From positions 4,545,353-4,609,352 of the forward strand of contig CM119271.1 in NCBI GenBank assembly GCA_051294375.1: 64,000 nucleotides of DNA, in the 5' to 3' direction. The position numbers and the translations under genes are program-made. The notes below the pieces were generated by a model, which ran no database searches, was not told the origin of the DNA, and saw only the letters and a program-made list of their open reading frames with translations. Below, piece after piece: positions 23,900 through 37,120 of this stretch; the first letter of the stretch is position 1; the number at the start of each line of letters is the position of its first letter. The stretch comes from Paraspadella gotoi (taxonomy: Eukaryota > Animalia > Chaetognatha).

Positions 23900-26800
23900 A
23901 CTTTCGTTGTATGCTTTGCCGTAATGAACCAGATGATAGATTTATCTTTTGATACTATTTTTGTTTTTATTATTTTATTTATTTGATTTTTGCGATTCAG
24001 TGTTTTTTCGTACACCTTTCCTTATTTTTTCTGTAAAAAATAAGTGTTGTCCGTTCATATAAAAAGTGATCAACTAATGAAGTTTTGGATCAAAAAGGAA
24101 CTATACGAAAAAATGAACCACCGGCGGAGAAAGGAGATGTCAACGACCGGATCAAACAATAAGTGTTCTTTGTTCTTTCCAGTTTTACCGCCTCAATAAA
24201 CTTAGGACCACTTTAAATCGTGCCTCGAAGACCTTTCTGCCTCCCACCCTCTTCGCAACCTTCAAATTTCTCCATCCTCCCTGATCTTTCTTCCTTCTCT
24301 TGCACCGATCCTCTCAGCCTTCCTCCCTGCCTTCTCCACTCTCCGCCCCCCAGATCCCTCCTCCCCCACCCTTCCCTCTTCCTCCCTCACCTCCTCCCTC
24401 ACCTTCCCCTCCTTCCCCATCCTTCCCCGCCCTCCCTCTTCCTCCCTCCCCCGTCCTCCCCGTCGTTTCTCGGCCCTAATGTTTTTTTGGTTTTTCCCGC
24501 GAACGATCTGACCTGCCAATCATCGAATTGACGCCGCTCGCCGAATCGAGCAGGCACTTGAAGCCAAGGGACCATGTTAAGTGAAATCGTATTCCCGCCG
24601 GGACGCCATCATCGATTCTCAATTCCATAGTCCCTCCTATCACAGCTCCAGATTTCCTTGCGGCTGATGAACAGCAAAACACAAAGAAACAAACACAACA
24701 TACAGAGCACATGCACACACATAGAAAAGAGAGATATAAAAATCTAAGAAAAAAAAAAGAGCGGTGAACACAGATGGCGTGAAGTCAATACGTTGGGCAT
24801 AGCTCAATGGAATTAGCATAGTCGGCACAGAGTGCTTTTTGGTTCAGAGGATGATAGTTTATTGACTGTGCCATGTGGCGTAGGCTGATGGGCAGTTACT
24901 TAGAAGTTAAATTATGAGAACGCGGATACGTAACCGGGCTCCATCCAACGTAGCGCACGGGCGGCCGGTAGGCTCCAAAACGCCATCGGGAGCTTCCGGG
25001 CGGCGCCAAGGCGTCCTCAGCGCGTGGCGTGATCCGACCAACTCCTTCGATCACCGTCGTCGTCGTCCTCTATCGCTTTTTAGCTCACCCTAATAACGAC
25101 GCATTTTTTTTCTTTTGTCGTGATGATCGTTGCGTTCGTCATCCGAATTCCTTTTCTATGCTTCCTCTTTTTTCTTCTTTCTCTTAATTATTTTTTTCCT
25201 TTTCTTCCTCCCATTTTTCCTTATGCCTCCATTTTTTTTTCTTTCCAATTTTTTTTTTTACCTCCCATTTTTTTTTACTTTTATTTATCTTTTGTCTTTT
25301 CCTCCATTTTTTTTACATTTTTCTTTGCTCCATTTTTTCTTTCTCTTTACATCAATTTTCCATTTTCTTTTCCTCCATTTTTTTCAGTGTTTTTCCTTTC
25401 GACCTCCCCTCCATTTTTTTCTTGTTTTCCGCCGCCATTTTTTCTTTTTATGATTTCCTTCATTTTTTCTTTTTCTTTCCTTCATTCTTTCCTCTTGTCT
25501 TCCCTTTTTTTTTTTTTTCTCCCGTTTTGTTCCTTCCATTTTTTTTCTTTTTTCTCACACTGTCCATTTTTTTCCTTAGGTACCCTCTATTTTTTTTTAT
25601 TTTCTTTCCTCGTTTTTGTTTTGTCCTTTTTCGTTTCAACCCCATTTTTTCTTTTTCTTTTCCTATCATTTTTTTCTTCTTTTTCTTGTCCTCCAATTTT
25701 ATCTTTTTTTCAACCCCTTGCAGTCGATTTTCTTTTTCTTCCTTAACATTTTTTTGTTTTCTTATCCTACTTATTTCGTGTTTCAATCGGAATTTCGTCG
25801 TGTTTTTATGCTGAGAGTTTACATAAGTCGTGCTAAAGTTCATAGCATGCTCATCGGTCTCCTTCTCTCCTCTCTGTCACGTTTCTCCAGTTTTTCGCGC
25901 GAACAGCGTGCCGTCTCGTCTTCACTGTCTCCCTTCTCCTCGTCATCGATACCAAAATAATAAATAGAGAAATAATATCATCTCCTCTCTCTCACCCAGT
26001 CTCCTCAACACAATCTCCCCTTCCACACACCATAATCAACCCATACACCCTCTTCCATGTAATTCACCCATCAACACTTGTCTGATTGCACGGACGTTTC
26101 CAATCCTCATCCACCTTACACGTGTGCGAGGTCGGACAAACTTACCCCCACTCCATATTCCCCCCGCCCCAGAAAAAACCCACCTTACGCTACACAAACT
26201 GTAAAACGAGGTCGATCGACGTACGGCGACGTCGGGTTTCCAGCGGAGACGCGTAAATCACACCATTTTTTTTCGCATCCTTTTTTTTCAGGTCGTTATC
26301 TGGTTCCAAGCCTAGACTGTTTTTATACGCCCGGACCATCTTCCGAGCCCTCCTTTGTTTACCGCCTTGTCGGAATTATAACGCCCCCTTCAACCCCGGC
26401 GATTCTCCAAGTCAAGTGCTCCCACCGACGTCTTTCCTCCTCGGCTAGGCACTTTTTTCGGGCCTTATTTTTTTCCTTTAACACAGAAAAACAATTTCGC
26501 ATTTCATTTTAAATTCGGAATCAAATTATTTTTTTTTTTAAAATTATAAGATTCGGTTAGAGATTAAGGTTAGAGTTTAGGTAAGATATATTAAGGTTGT
26601 GGGATCATCCAAGGGTTACAGTGAATTATAAGGGAGTAATAGATATACAGTTAAGGATACAGGGGCGCCTTGTAGCGTTTAACGATCAGGCGTAAGGAAT
26701 TAGTGGGTTAAAGAAATTAGATAGTGTGATAGGTGTAATTACAAACAGCGGTCGATAATGGCTTGGCTTAAATGGACCTTAGTTCTTAACATCCCCTCGT

Positions 26801-29550
26801 CCAACGCCACCTTAACAGTTACAATGATTGAATGGGTTAGAGATTAGAAATTATAATATAAATTACACACTTTTAATTCCAAGTGTCAAAGAGAGAGAGA
26901 GCGTCAGGAAGCGTAGCGCTTTTCGGAAATAAATAGAGGCTGTATTTATTCCCCTTACACCTTTTTTTTTAGAATGCCAGCCGTAAAATGTTTTGTCGTA
27001 ATGATGCGTTTTCTTTATCTTGCGCTTTTCCTCACGACGCATTATGGAGTATCTCTGAGGATCTGTTTCTTTTTTTTTTTTTTCCCCTAGCAAAAAAATT
27101 TGATTTATCCGAGTGGACTGAGTTTTATGGCCTCGATCAGCCCCGTTTTCCTGAAAGGCCCTTGTGATTGATTTTCTTTCGTTATGTAGTAGAGCTTGAT
27201 CCATCTCCTTTCCGATGGCTAGATGCCGGGAGTTATCTTAAGGCTTTTCCCTACTGTTAATATATATAGTCATTTGCCCTTGGCCGACTGATCGGCTCTC
27301 TTTCTTCTTTCTTGTCTCACATCTCACTTCCTTGTTTGGCCTTGAATGCTCTCGCCACATTATGTTTCTTCAAAAACCACACACTGCTAACTAAATATTG
27401 CGTCCGGCTTAATTTAACGCTACATAAACATTTGGCCATCCCCGCGCCACCGACACTCTGGCAGAAAGCTCCATTCGTCTGCCATGATTCACATGCTTAT
27501 TTCATACTAACTTATCACCAATAATTATATTGAAAATTATCAGCCAGTGGTATATTTTCCGTTTCTCCAATTGTCCTTATCTCGACTTGGGATCGCGCCT
27601 CACCCATTACGATTCATGATGGGTGGGAATGGCTCTCGCCGCAGAGCTTTCCCCACAGAGCGTCACAGGAGCCTTATTAACTCTCAGAGGAGCAAAAATG
27701 GAAACCTAGCTGTCGTAACTTCAAATAAAACATTTTTCGCGATAAACTCCGACGTAGTCAAAACCAGTCGCCATCATAACAGACTAGAAAATGAAAACAA
27801 AAAAATAGAACAAAAGAAGACGAATGCCAAGTGTTTCTCGGCCTTTTTATAGTTATGGAGAATTAAAGTTTGGCAAACAATGTCACTTGTTTCACTCATT
27901 TTCTATTTTTATGAAGGATGATCGTAGGCTCATATGCTGAACATGTAGTATACATTAAGTTTACGCAATTCAACACATAATATTCTGCTCTTCATTGTTT
28001 CTCATTAAAAATGAAAGAAATTAGATTGTATTTAGTCTACATAATTAATATTTGGAATGAGAAGGATATCAGTGTAGTGCGATGTTTTATATAAGCAACG
28101 TTCGATCTTCGAGTGATATTGAGAACCTACTATTGGCAAGCTTACGGAACTTCGACCTGTCACATTGTCGGTGCGGGGCGAAAGGCGCCTGTGCAACTCG
28201 GGCAGGATCCGGGGGCGTGAGTTGACAGCCTAAATGGCGGAATATGTCGCTCTAGAGGTCCCAAATAATTGACAGACTGTCAATTTAACTTAGATTAACC
28301 GTTAGCTTACTTAACTTTAAGTACTACTTACAACGTGTAGTTTAAAAAATTTAAAAAATTAAACTGAGTTAATTTTAAAAAATCATTTTCATATTTTCTT
28401 TAGTCTGGTTTTTTTTTACGCGCGTCCGAGATTTTACAGACAAAGAGGCGCATAACTCCAAGCAGTTCTTATTTGGAGGAACACCCTCCAGAGCGAAAAA
28501 CGTTTTTATAGTTTCACCCCACGCATCAATAAACTGCAAAGAATAACCAATAGCAAACGGCGTGTGGAGGGTTTCGTCCCAGTTAAGGTTCTTTGTATTT
28601 TTAGCTAGCTCCTCCGTTCTCTCGATCCACTTCTCCTCCGACTCTTATCTGCTGCGTCTCTCCATTTCCAATCTACCTTGCTTTCTTATCAAGAGCGCTC
28701 GTAGTGGCACTTACCTCTCTCCTTCGCGTCTCTCTTCTCCTTGCTTTCGTTGGAGATTTACTCTCTTTCGCTCTTCGACCGTTTAGTTATGTGCTTCGTG
28801 TGTCTCCATCAGTGGCTGGGCTCGGGAGCTTTCTCCCTTGTATCATTCTTCCTCACTCTTCCTCCGTCTATCTCATCATCCTCCATTTCACAACCTCTCT
28901 TGTCCCCTGCTCAGCCGCGCCACCCCACGCAATCTCAACAGACTCTCCTCGTCCGTCGACTCGGAGCCCCGCACCCCCGGAGCGTCTCTCTCTGTCTCTC
29001 TTCTTCGCTCATCCCCCTCCCACCGCTCACATTCTCAATTCCCCCCCCCTTCTTCCCCCACGCGCTCATCTCCACTCTGTTTCTCATCTCGTCAAACAGA
29101 ACTACTTTCTCTCTTCTCGTCTCGTCGTCTCGCATCATTCCTTTTTTCAACTATGTGTTTGTTCCTCCTCCAGGACTCTGCCCGGTCGTCTGCTCTCTTC
29201 TGCCCTGCTTCGTCTCATCTCTTCAATTCCATTTCACTTTGTTCTGCAGATCGTCACAGACTCCGTCTCTCTCCCCGTCGTTGCATCTACCTTCACTATC
29301 ACTCTCTGCAAATTACACATTTAACACTTTGTTCTCAAGTCTCAGACAGACTCGTCGTCCTGATCCCTCTATCTCTCTCGCTCTCTCTCTAACTCCGTCT
29401 AATCATTCCATTTCACTTTGTTCTCGGGCCAGTCAACAGACTCTCAGTCTTCAGTCTCCTCTCTCATTCCCATTTCAGAACTTTGGTTCTCGTCAACCAG
29501 AGCTCTCTCTCCCAATCTCTCTTCCTCATCTACTCTCGCTCTCCCGCCTC
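23900..29550 (-). repeat. Right arm of large inverted duplication (insertion-rich copy)
   Basis: Same anchors as the left arm; differences are dominated by scattered small indels. Confidence 0.9.
26460..26600 (-). repeat. CCTAA-rich dispersed repeat, copy 3
   Basis: GGCCTTATTT...TTAAATT followed by GGTTAG-type repeats is the reverse complement of the 14260-14492 structure. Confidence 0.5.
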
Positions 29551-31079
29551 CTTCTCTCTCTCCTCTCTCGTTCCTCTTCCGATTGCTACCTGTGGGTGGA
29601 TTCGTCCATTCACACAGCTCTTCTCTCCTTCTTCTGTCCATATAAGGAATAAATAACATGATAAGTAAAAAGAAAAGTAAAACGACTTTCTTCTTCTTAA
29701 TTCCTACGGCGACTCATGCCAAGACATTTCGGTTCGGGTGAAACGAGAAACCTGGGGACTCGCCAGCGAGAAAATCTTTGACAATTTTCTGTGCCTCTTC
29801 CGAAGCGATTTCTTGAATATCTCAAACATGGTTTGAATTTTGCTCCGGCTTTTTCTTTCATTGAGAATCATCGCTCGTCATAACACTATTTAAAAAGTTC
29901 CACGATTGAAAATTGAAACAAAAAGCTGCGTGTTGAAAGTGTTGCGCCGCAGTGTCTTTTGTGAACGCATTTCCTATTACGCAATGAAATTACGCGACTG
30001 AACAACTAATATATGTACGCACATTGCCTTCCTACAAAACATGAACTTAGTAATTACCCGACATTTTAAAACCAAAGTGGGACAGGACTGACGGACCGAC
30101 CGAGATACAAAACACACAGTCCATGATCTACAATTCGAATTTTGACGAGCAACTTTCAGGACTACTTAATAACGTTTTGTAAACATTGAAATCTCCGGTT
30201 AAATTCCATTTTTTTGTGATTAAACAAAGAAAACAGAAACGAGAAAGAGAAAATAAAACGACGATTTGGGAATTTCGGTCTTTCGCTTTGAATGTTTAAC
30301 TTTAGTAGTTTAGTTATTTTTTTTTCTCTCTTTTTTTTTCTCGTTGTTTTCGTGTTTTCGAGTTTTTCCAACGATCCGCTCGGTTGTTTTTCTTTCTTCT
30401 TTTATTTTTAGTTTCTTCCCGAGTTTTTGAAATATTTTTTTTTTTACAGTCACATCGTCTTTTTCTTTATCTCTACTTCTCTTTTTCTTTAAACTTTTAA
30501 TATTTTCTCTCTTGTCCTTTCCTCTTTTTTTTAAAAAAAATCTCCTCTTTTCTCGCGGAATCGAAAATTCATCTCACGACTGACGAAAAAAACGCGTTCG
30601 GAGGAACGAGAAAGGAGCGGATGAAAGGTGGAGCCGGGAGGAGGAGCGAAGAGGGAACGAAGGAAACCGAGAACCGCGGCGGTCCTGGGAACGCGACATG
30701 AGAGGAGGCAGGAGGAGCAGCGAGGAAGAGCGAGGAGGAGAAAGAAGAGAATGGTGTGAAGTCAAGTGGAACAGTAGCGTTAGGTTGGGAAGGAAAGGTT
30801 TAGAGAGAGAGAGGAGCAGAGATGAGGAGGAGATGGAGAGAGAGGAGAGGAGAGAGAGAGAGAGAGAACGAGAGCACGAGACGAGAGATTAGGTAACTTA
30901 ACAGCAAAGAAACGACGGCCAAGATTATGGCAGGCAAGATTACAGAAGATTGATAATGAGCAAAGAGACTCGGAAGAAAGAATAAGGAAGGAGATCGGGG
31001 GAAAAAAAAAAGGGAAAAAGCAGGACCTCGGATCCGTTGATGCAGAGAAAGTGTCAACGAAAGATGTGGACATGAAACG

Positions 31080-32110
31080 GAGGGAAAAGGAAAAAAATGA
31101 CCCAAAGATGGCGGAGCGAGAAGTAAAAGAGGAGGAGGAAAAGAAAAAGAGAGGCGGAAGACGCGCGGAGGCACGGTAGTGAATAGGACCAGTGGAAAGG
31201 GGCGAAAAAGAAAGGAAAGACGAGAGGGAGGGAAGCATGGGCGCGGGGGAAAGCAAGAGGAGCGAGGAAATTTGATGGAAAAGAAAAGAAAGTAAGAGAG
31301 CAGGAAGATGCGGCGAGAGGAACAGAGAAAGTGCCAGAGGAAAAGGAGGAAAAGAAAAGAAAAAATAGAAGGAGGAAGATGCGGCGAGAAGAACGAAGAC
31401 TGCAGGACGGAAAAGCAAAAAGAACAGGAAGGAGAAAGGAGGAGAATGGGGGGCGAGGAAGCAAGACGTGTAGGAGGAAAAAGGAGGCAAAGAAAAAGAA
31501 AAAGAGAGGGAGGAAGATGGGGCTGAGGAAGAAGAAGTGGCAGGAGGAAAAGAGGAAAAGAAAAGAAAAACGAGAGGCGAGAGAAAATGTGGTGAGGAAG
31601 AAGGATTCGTTGGAAGGAAAAGGAGCGGAAAGAAAAGAAAAAAATAGGCGAGGAAAGATGGTGGAGAGGAAGAAGGCCAGTGCCCAGGAGGCAAAAGGAG
31701 GAAAACCAAAGGAAAAACAAGAGGCCGAGCAAATACTGCGGAAGAGGAAGAAGGAGTGCAGGGAGGAAAAGGAGGGAAAGAAAAGAAAGAAGAGAAGGAG
31801 GAAGATGGGGCCGAGGAAGAAGAAGTGCAGGAGGAAAAGGAAGAAAAGAAAAGAAAAAACGAGACGGGAGAAATGTGGGAAGAGGAAGCAAGAAGTGCCA
31901 GGAGGAAAAGGAGAAAAGAAAAGAAAAACGACGGGGGAGAAAAATTGGGAAGAGAAGAAGAAGCTGCAGGCAGCGCAAAAGGAGGAAAAGAAAAGAAAAA
32001 ACGACGAGGTCGAGAAAAATGGGAAGAGGAAAGAAGAAAGTGCAGGCAGGAAAAGCGAGAAATGAGCGCAAAAGGAAAAGGAAGTGTAAAAAAGGTAGAA
32101 GAAAACAAAA
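31080..32110. repeat. Purine-rich minisatellite, about 60 bp unit
   Basis: Unit approximates GAGGAAGATGCGGCGAGGAAGAAGAAGTGCAGGAGGAAAAGGAGGAAAAGAAAAGAAAAA, about 15 copies. It accounts for the 440-aa F/S/L/P ORFs. Confidence 0.85.
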
Positions 32111-33012
32111 AAAGATAAAATAAGCGAAACCAGAATGCACCTACAGTTACACTTTCTTCTTTACTCGATAAACTGGATGGGAGTGATATCTCTCAAACTG
32201 GAGTTGGCCGAATCAGCTCAGCTGTTAGTAATGGATGCAGGAGGGTTAGTTTGTGTCCCCATTGGACGGATTTTTAAAAATTCGAAAAAATTTGCGCCCT
32301 CAGCACCTTAAAAAATATTTTACAAGATTTGCTCTAGCGCAGTTATTAATGAAGGCTTGCCCTATCATTTTTTGCTCATAAATACTCCGAGACTGGAGCT
32401 CTACACATATGATGTAATAAAATTTTTGAATTCATTTTTCATTTTGTTTGACTTTTAATACATTTAATTAGTCACAAATTTACATATTCAAAAGTATCTG
32501 AAACACTCATCCACGGTCAATTGATCTTTTTTTATCACAAAATGATACATTGACACAAGAGCAGTTCTTTAATAAGTAACAAATAAAATTTAAAAAAAAT
32601 AATTTTAAAATACCAAAAATATTTTTTTCAATATTATAAAAATATATTATAGTCTTAAAACTAATTTAAAATATTAAAAAACTATAAAGGGTTAAAGCGG
32701 ACATTATGCTGATTCTAAATCCTATTTTTGTTTTTTAAAATTTGCATTTCTTGTGTTGTTTTACAAGACTCATACCATCTTGTAAAAATTAAAAAAATCC
32801 CATCCCTTTTTCAAAACCCTTATAAAAAAATGATGGGTCATGCTATTTGGAAAAAAAAATTTAAAATTAACTTTGAAACTGTAATACTACTTGCTATCAA
32901 AAATTTGAAATGAGAAAAACTAAGATTTGCCCAAGATATCAACGGGAAGAAGTGCTCATTATTTATATTTTTTTATGAAAAAAAAAAGAGATTTTTAATA
33001 GGCAATTGACAG

Positions 33013-35310
33013 CATTCTCTCATGGCCGAAGCGCGCTGAGCAGAGGTTTCTCAAAGCACTAGGATTTAGTAAGGACTTAGTAAGGATTTAGTTAAGTTTT
33101 TTTGCAATATGTGCAAGACAACCTCACAACACACCTGATCTTTTTCTTATTAAAATTAGGACAACCAAAGTCCAGATGCAGACATAAAGAGTAGACCTTT
33201 CCATATATTGAAAAGTTTAAATCAAAAAATCGTTTGTTGTAAAAGGTGCCCATATATCAATTTATGATTTTTTGACATTTGCTTTTCAAAAAAAAATTTA
33301 CCAGTAAATCGTTGCAGCGCCAACTATGAAAAAAAAGGTAAAAAAATTTACCTTTTTCACTAAATATCTTCTTAAACATTTATTTTCACCTACAGGGATG
33401 AAACCTAATCTATCTTGCTAGAGCGCGCAAAAAAAATTTGCACTATTGTTACATACCTCGCCATTATAAATTAAGTTATTTTTTTTTCTAAATACATTTT
33501 TTAAAACCTTTTTTTAAGCATTTTTGATTAACTTTTAAAAATGACTCATTTTAAACAATTTTGTGACAAGATTTAAAAAGAAACTTCATGCTCAATTGAA
33601 TAGAGAGATTATTGCCTTGTTTTGCTAAAAAGATTTTTAAAAAAAAGACTATAGTATGGTGGACTTAAAATCCACCAACCGTTCATCAGCGGCCATTGCG
33701 TGCCGGAGGCAAAGTCATCGGCCTCCCAACCTAAAGGTCGCAGGGGTTCTTAGCCCGGTGGTCGTCTCGGCAGTTAAGAGGTGTCATGGGGCGCTTAACC
33801 CGCCCTCTAACATGGTGTTACCAGCCCTCATCCGAAGACCCTCAGCGACTGCCTTATATTGAATGCTTCTGTCATTAACCACTCTATCAATTAATTACAT
33901 GTCCTCTTCAATAGCGTTAACAAGTTTATAACCTTTTTAATATTAAAAAAAAATTACTTACCCTTTCATTTATTATTTCAATAGGTTTTGAACTACGATC
34001 CTTAAAAGAAAATGCGGAATGCCCACTTTTCTTAGCATGTAAATAAAAAATAGCTACATCTCTTTGATATCATTTGCTCAAACTTGTTAATAATTTAATA
34101 ATTTTGTCATTCTCCTTTTCTATTTTATATAAAATTTTTTTTTAAAAATCTTAAAAGTAGTACTGACAGGCCCAACAGAAAATTCCATCCCAAAGGCATC
34201 ACAAGCAACCCGCTGTTGCCATAGTACTTTCATTTTAAAATAAATAAATTCTGTAATCAATAAAACTTAATTCAATCAGTCAATCACTTAACAGCATTAT
34301 TATCATCGTCGTGCGTCAGTGCCTGAAATATCTTCTTGTATGTCACCTTCGCGACGCGTCAAGCGTTCGAAGGCGCTCGTCCGTCCCTTCCGCCGAGTTT
34401 AATCAAACGAACTAAATATTTTCTTGAGTCTCCGCCAAATTTATGACCAAAAATATCGACAAAAAAAGATTCGACAAATAACCAGAAAAAACGCATTGGC
34501 CAAACCGTGCAGGACAAAGAAGTACGAGTCAAAAAACTAAGATTTCGCGCTGAGCAGAGCGAAAAGACTTATTGAGGCGAGCGCCCATAAATAGTCGTAA
34601 CTAGCGCTGCTTACGGCGTTCGTCAATATTTGTTTATTTGAGTTGTCTAGCGTTACTGCAAACCCCTTCACTCCACGTATCTTGACGTCACAAGTTTTTG
34701 AAACCTAAAGAATTAAATTGAGGAAAAATGTAAAAATCCCTAAACTGCCCAAAATAATGGAAACGCCTCTCTTTCGTGATTCGTCCGAAAACGATTCTCC
34801 TCTCTCTCTCTCTATGCAATTGCGGCGATCCTTATGCTTTTAAGATTTTAAGAAAAGTTCTATTCCATTGCAGTGCGGCGCTACCCCCTACCTACAAGAT
34901 AGCATTGGGTTTCGTCCCCTGTAGTAATAAAATTTCAAAAGCATATTATGAAAAAGTAAATTATTTTTAGCATTTTTTTATTTTTTTTCAGAGTTGCCAT
35001 CATTTACTGGTAAAAATCTATTTGAAAAAAATGTTCAAAAAAATTCATATGCATGTGATGGGGCACCTTTACAAATACTCGTTTTGATTTTTAAAAACAC
35101 TTCTTCAATGCACGAAAAGGTCTACTCATTATGTCGCATTAGAACTCGTGACTTTGCGTTGTGTAATGTTTAAGTAAGAAAAAGATAGGTGGAAACACAA
35201 AAAAATTATGTGCGGTTGTCTCAATATTTGCAGAAAATTAAGTCTTACTTAAACCCTCGTCTGAGAAGAACCTCTTCCCTAGCCGCTTCGGCCACGAAAG
35301 AAATCTCGTT
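33013..35310. mobile_element. Non-coding element with about 500-600 bp imperfect inverted arms (non-autonomous TIR/foldback-type DNA transposon)
   Basis: Reverse-complement anchors: TGGCCGAAGCG 33023/35284, GAGTAGACCTTT ~33190/35117, AAAGGTGCCC 33242/35061, TTACCAGTAAAT 33298/35002, CTACAGGG ~33390/34917. No transposase inside; right end abuts an N gap. Confidence 0.65.
33689..33860 (+). mobile_element. tRNA-derived SINE-like sequence
   Basis: GC-rich island with an anticodon-arm-like GGCCTCCCAACC, a T-arm/B-box-like AAGGTCGCAGGGGTTCTTAGCCCGG and GTGTCATGGGGCGCTTAACCC loosely resembling a CORE-SINE domain. Confidence 0.4.
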
Positions 35311-35344
35311 CTCTCATTTNNNNNNNNNNNNNNNNNNNNNNNNN

Positions 35345-35376
<32 letters not shown>

Positions 35377-36026
35377 GCGGAATTAATCAAGTATTTAGTA
35401 AACACGTATTTTTGTCATTCGTCAGCTGCTTCGGTCTCGGGGGTTGTTTGACCCCAAGTTCGCCGGGCGTTCACGCGAACAATCCGCTGGTTATACAGTC
35501 CTTTGGTGACGGGTTAAACGGGAGGAGGGAGGGTGTGTGTNNNNNNNNNNNNNNNNNNNNNNNNNNNNNNNNNNNNNNNNNNNNNNNNNNNNNNNNNNNN
35601 NNNNNNNNNNNNNNNNNNNNNNNNNNNNNNNNNNNNNNNNNNNNNNNNNNNNNNNNNNNNNNNNNNNNNNNNNNNNNNNNNNNNNNNNNNNNNNNNNNNN
35701 NNNNNNNNNNNNNNNNNNNNNNNNNNNNNNNNNNNNNNNNNNNNNNNNNNNNNNNNNNNNNNNNNNNNNNNNNNNNNNNNNNNNNNNNNNNNNNNNNNNN
35801 NNNNNNNNTGTGTGAGTGAAGGAAAATATTAAAGAGAGAAAGAAAGAAAGAGAAAAATAAAAAAGAGAAAGAAAGTTAAAAATTTAATGGATAAAGAAAG
35901 AAAGGAAAAAAGTAAAGAGAGAAAGAAAGAAAAAAAAGTAAAGAGAGGAAGAATGAAAGGAAAAAAATTAAAGAGAGAAAGAAAGAAAAAAAAGTAAAGA
36001 GAGAAAGAAAGTTAAAAATTAAAGGG

Positions 36027-36069
<43 letters not shown>

Positions 36070-37014
36070 AATGGCCGGCGAATATAAAAGAGAGTAAAAC
36101 GCAAAAACTAAATTGCAGTCCAGGTGAAATTTTCCGAATACAAATTGGCGTCGAACGAGGAAGAGAATTAGAATTTTCCCCGAGTTCGCGCAGAACAGAG
36201 ATCGTTTTTTCCGTTTTTTTCGTTGTCGTTACCATCGGGAAAGTTTTTGACTAATTAGCGACAAAAATAACGTTAGTACGAGACCAGAAACAATTACTTT
36301 TATTTTTGAGTTCGCTTCAAATAAAAAAAAATATTCGGGAAAAGAGGAATTTAATTTTGAAAAGTTTTTTCTGTCAAAAAAAAAAGAAGATTTTTTAGAC
36401 AAGTTTGGACAAAACATTTTTTTAAAGATATATTACGTAGATTAAATTTTTGTCGAGATTTTAACATTTAAAAATTTGATTCCGTCTTTTAAAGAAAGAA
36501 GAAAGTCAGATAAAAAGGCGAGACCCGTCGAGAAAAAATATCAGTCAATTAAAAAAAAAAAAATATCGACCATTTTTATCGTACATTTTTGGTCTCTCCG
36601 TGTCTCGGGTAAGATTTTTAACAACAAAGGCAAATCATAGTCTCAAATTATCCACTTATTCAATATACTTAATCAATATACTTAAATATCTTGCCAATAA
36701 ATTAGGACAGGTTAAGGTCTCCATCTCTCCGTCCGTCCGTCCGTCCGTCCGTACGAAGGACGTTTGACGATTTCTAATGATTTCTCGCATCTCTGACTTT
36801 CAATTCTACATAAGCATACTACGAATAATGATTAAATATTGTATAATTTATCAAATTTTAAACCAACCTTTGCGATTAACCTGACCTTACCCACCGCTCA
36901 CCCCAAGAGACTTCCCCCCCCCTCTTCCCCAAGTCCGATTTCTCCGCCGAAGACGTTTTTGCCTTTTTGAAATATTAGACGCGAAAAATATGACGTCGAC
37001 GCTTAACGAGTTTC

Positions 37015-37120
37015 CCCCGCCGACGCATGCCGACGCATGCCGACACCGCTTACCGACGCCAATACCGACTGCTGAGAACACCTGCCGACACCGCCTGCTG
37101 ACAACGCCTGCCGACAACGC
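37015..37120. repeat. Degenerate GCCGAC minisatellite (10-14 bp unit)
   Basis: GCCGACGCAT x2, then related ACCGAC/GCTGAC/GCCGAC units. Confidence 0.75.

Noticed and set aside
25120-25960. Phe-rich 'membrane protein' ORFs
   Set aside because: Pyrimidine low-complexity tract mirrored at 20120-20740; not credible coding sequence.
28704-29652. 206-303 aa Ser/Leu-rich ORFs
   Set aside because: Noisy reverse-complement copy of the 17.2-17.8 kb minisatellite.
30780-32140. 442-446 aa minus-strand ORFs and K/R/E-rich plus-strand ORFs
   Set aside because: Multiple frames are open because a purine-only minisatellite lacks stop codons; no domain or splice evidence.
33689-33765. Functional tRNA-Gly gene
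   Set aside because: A and B boxes are degenerate and the acceptor stem does not pair cleanly; SINE-like instead.
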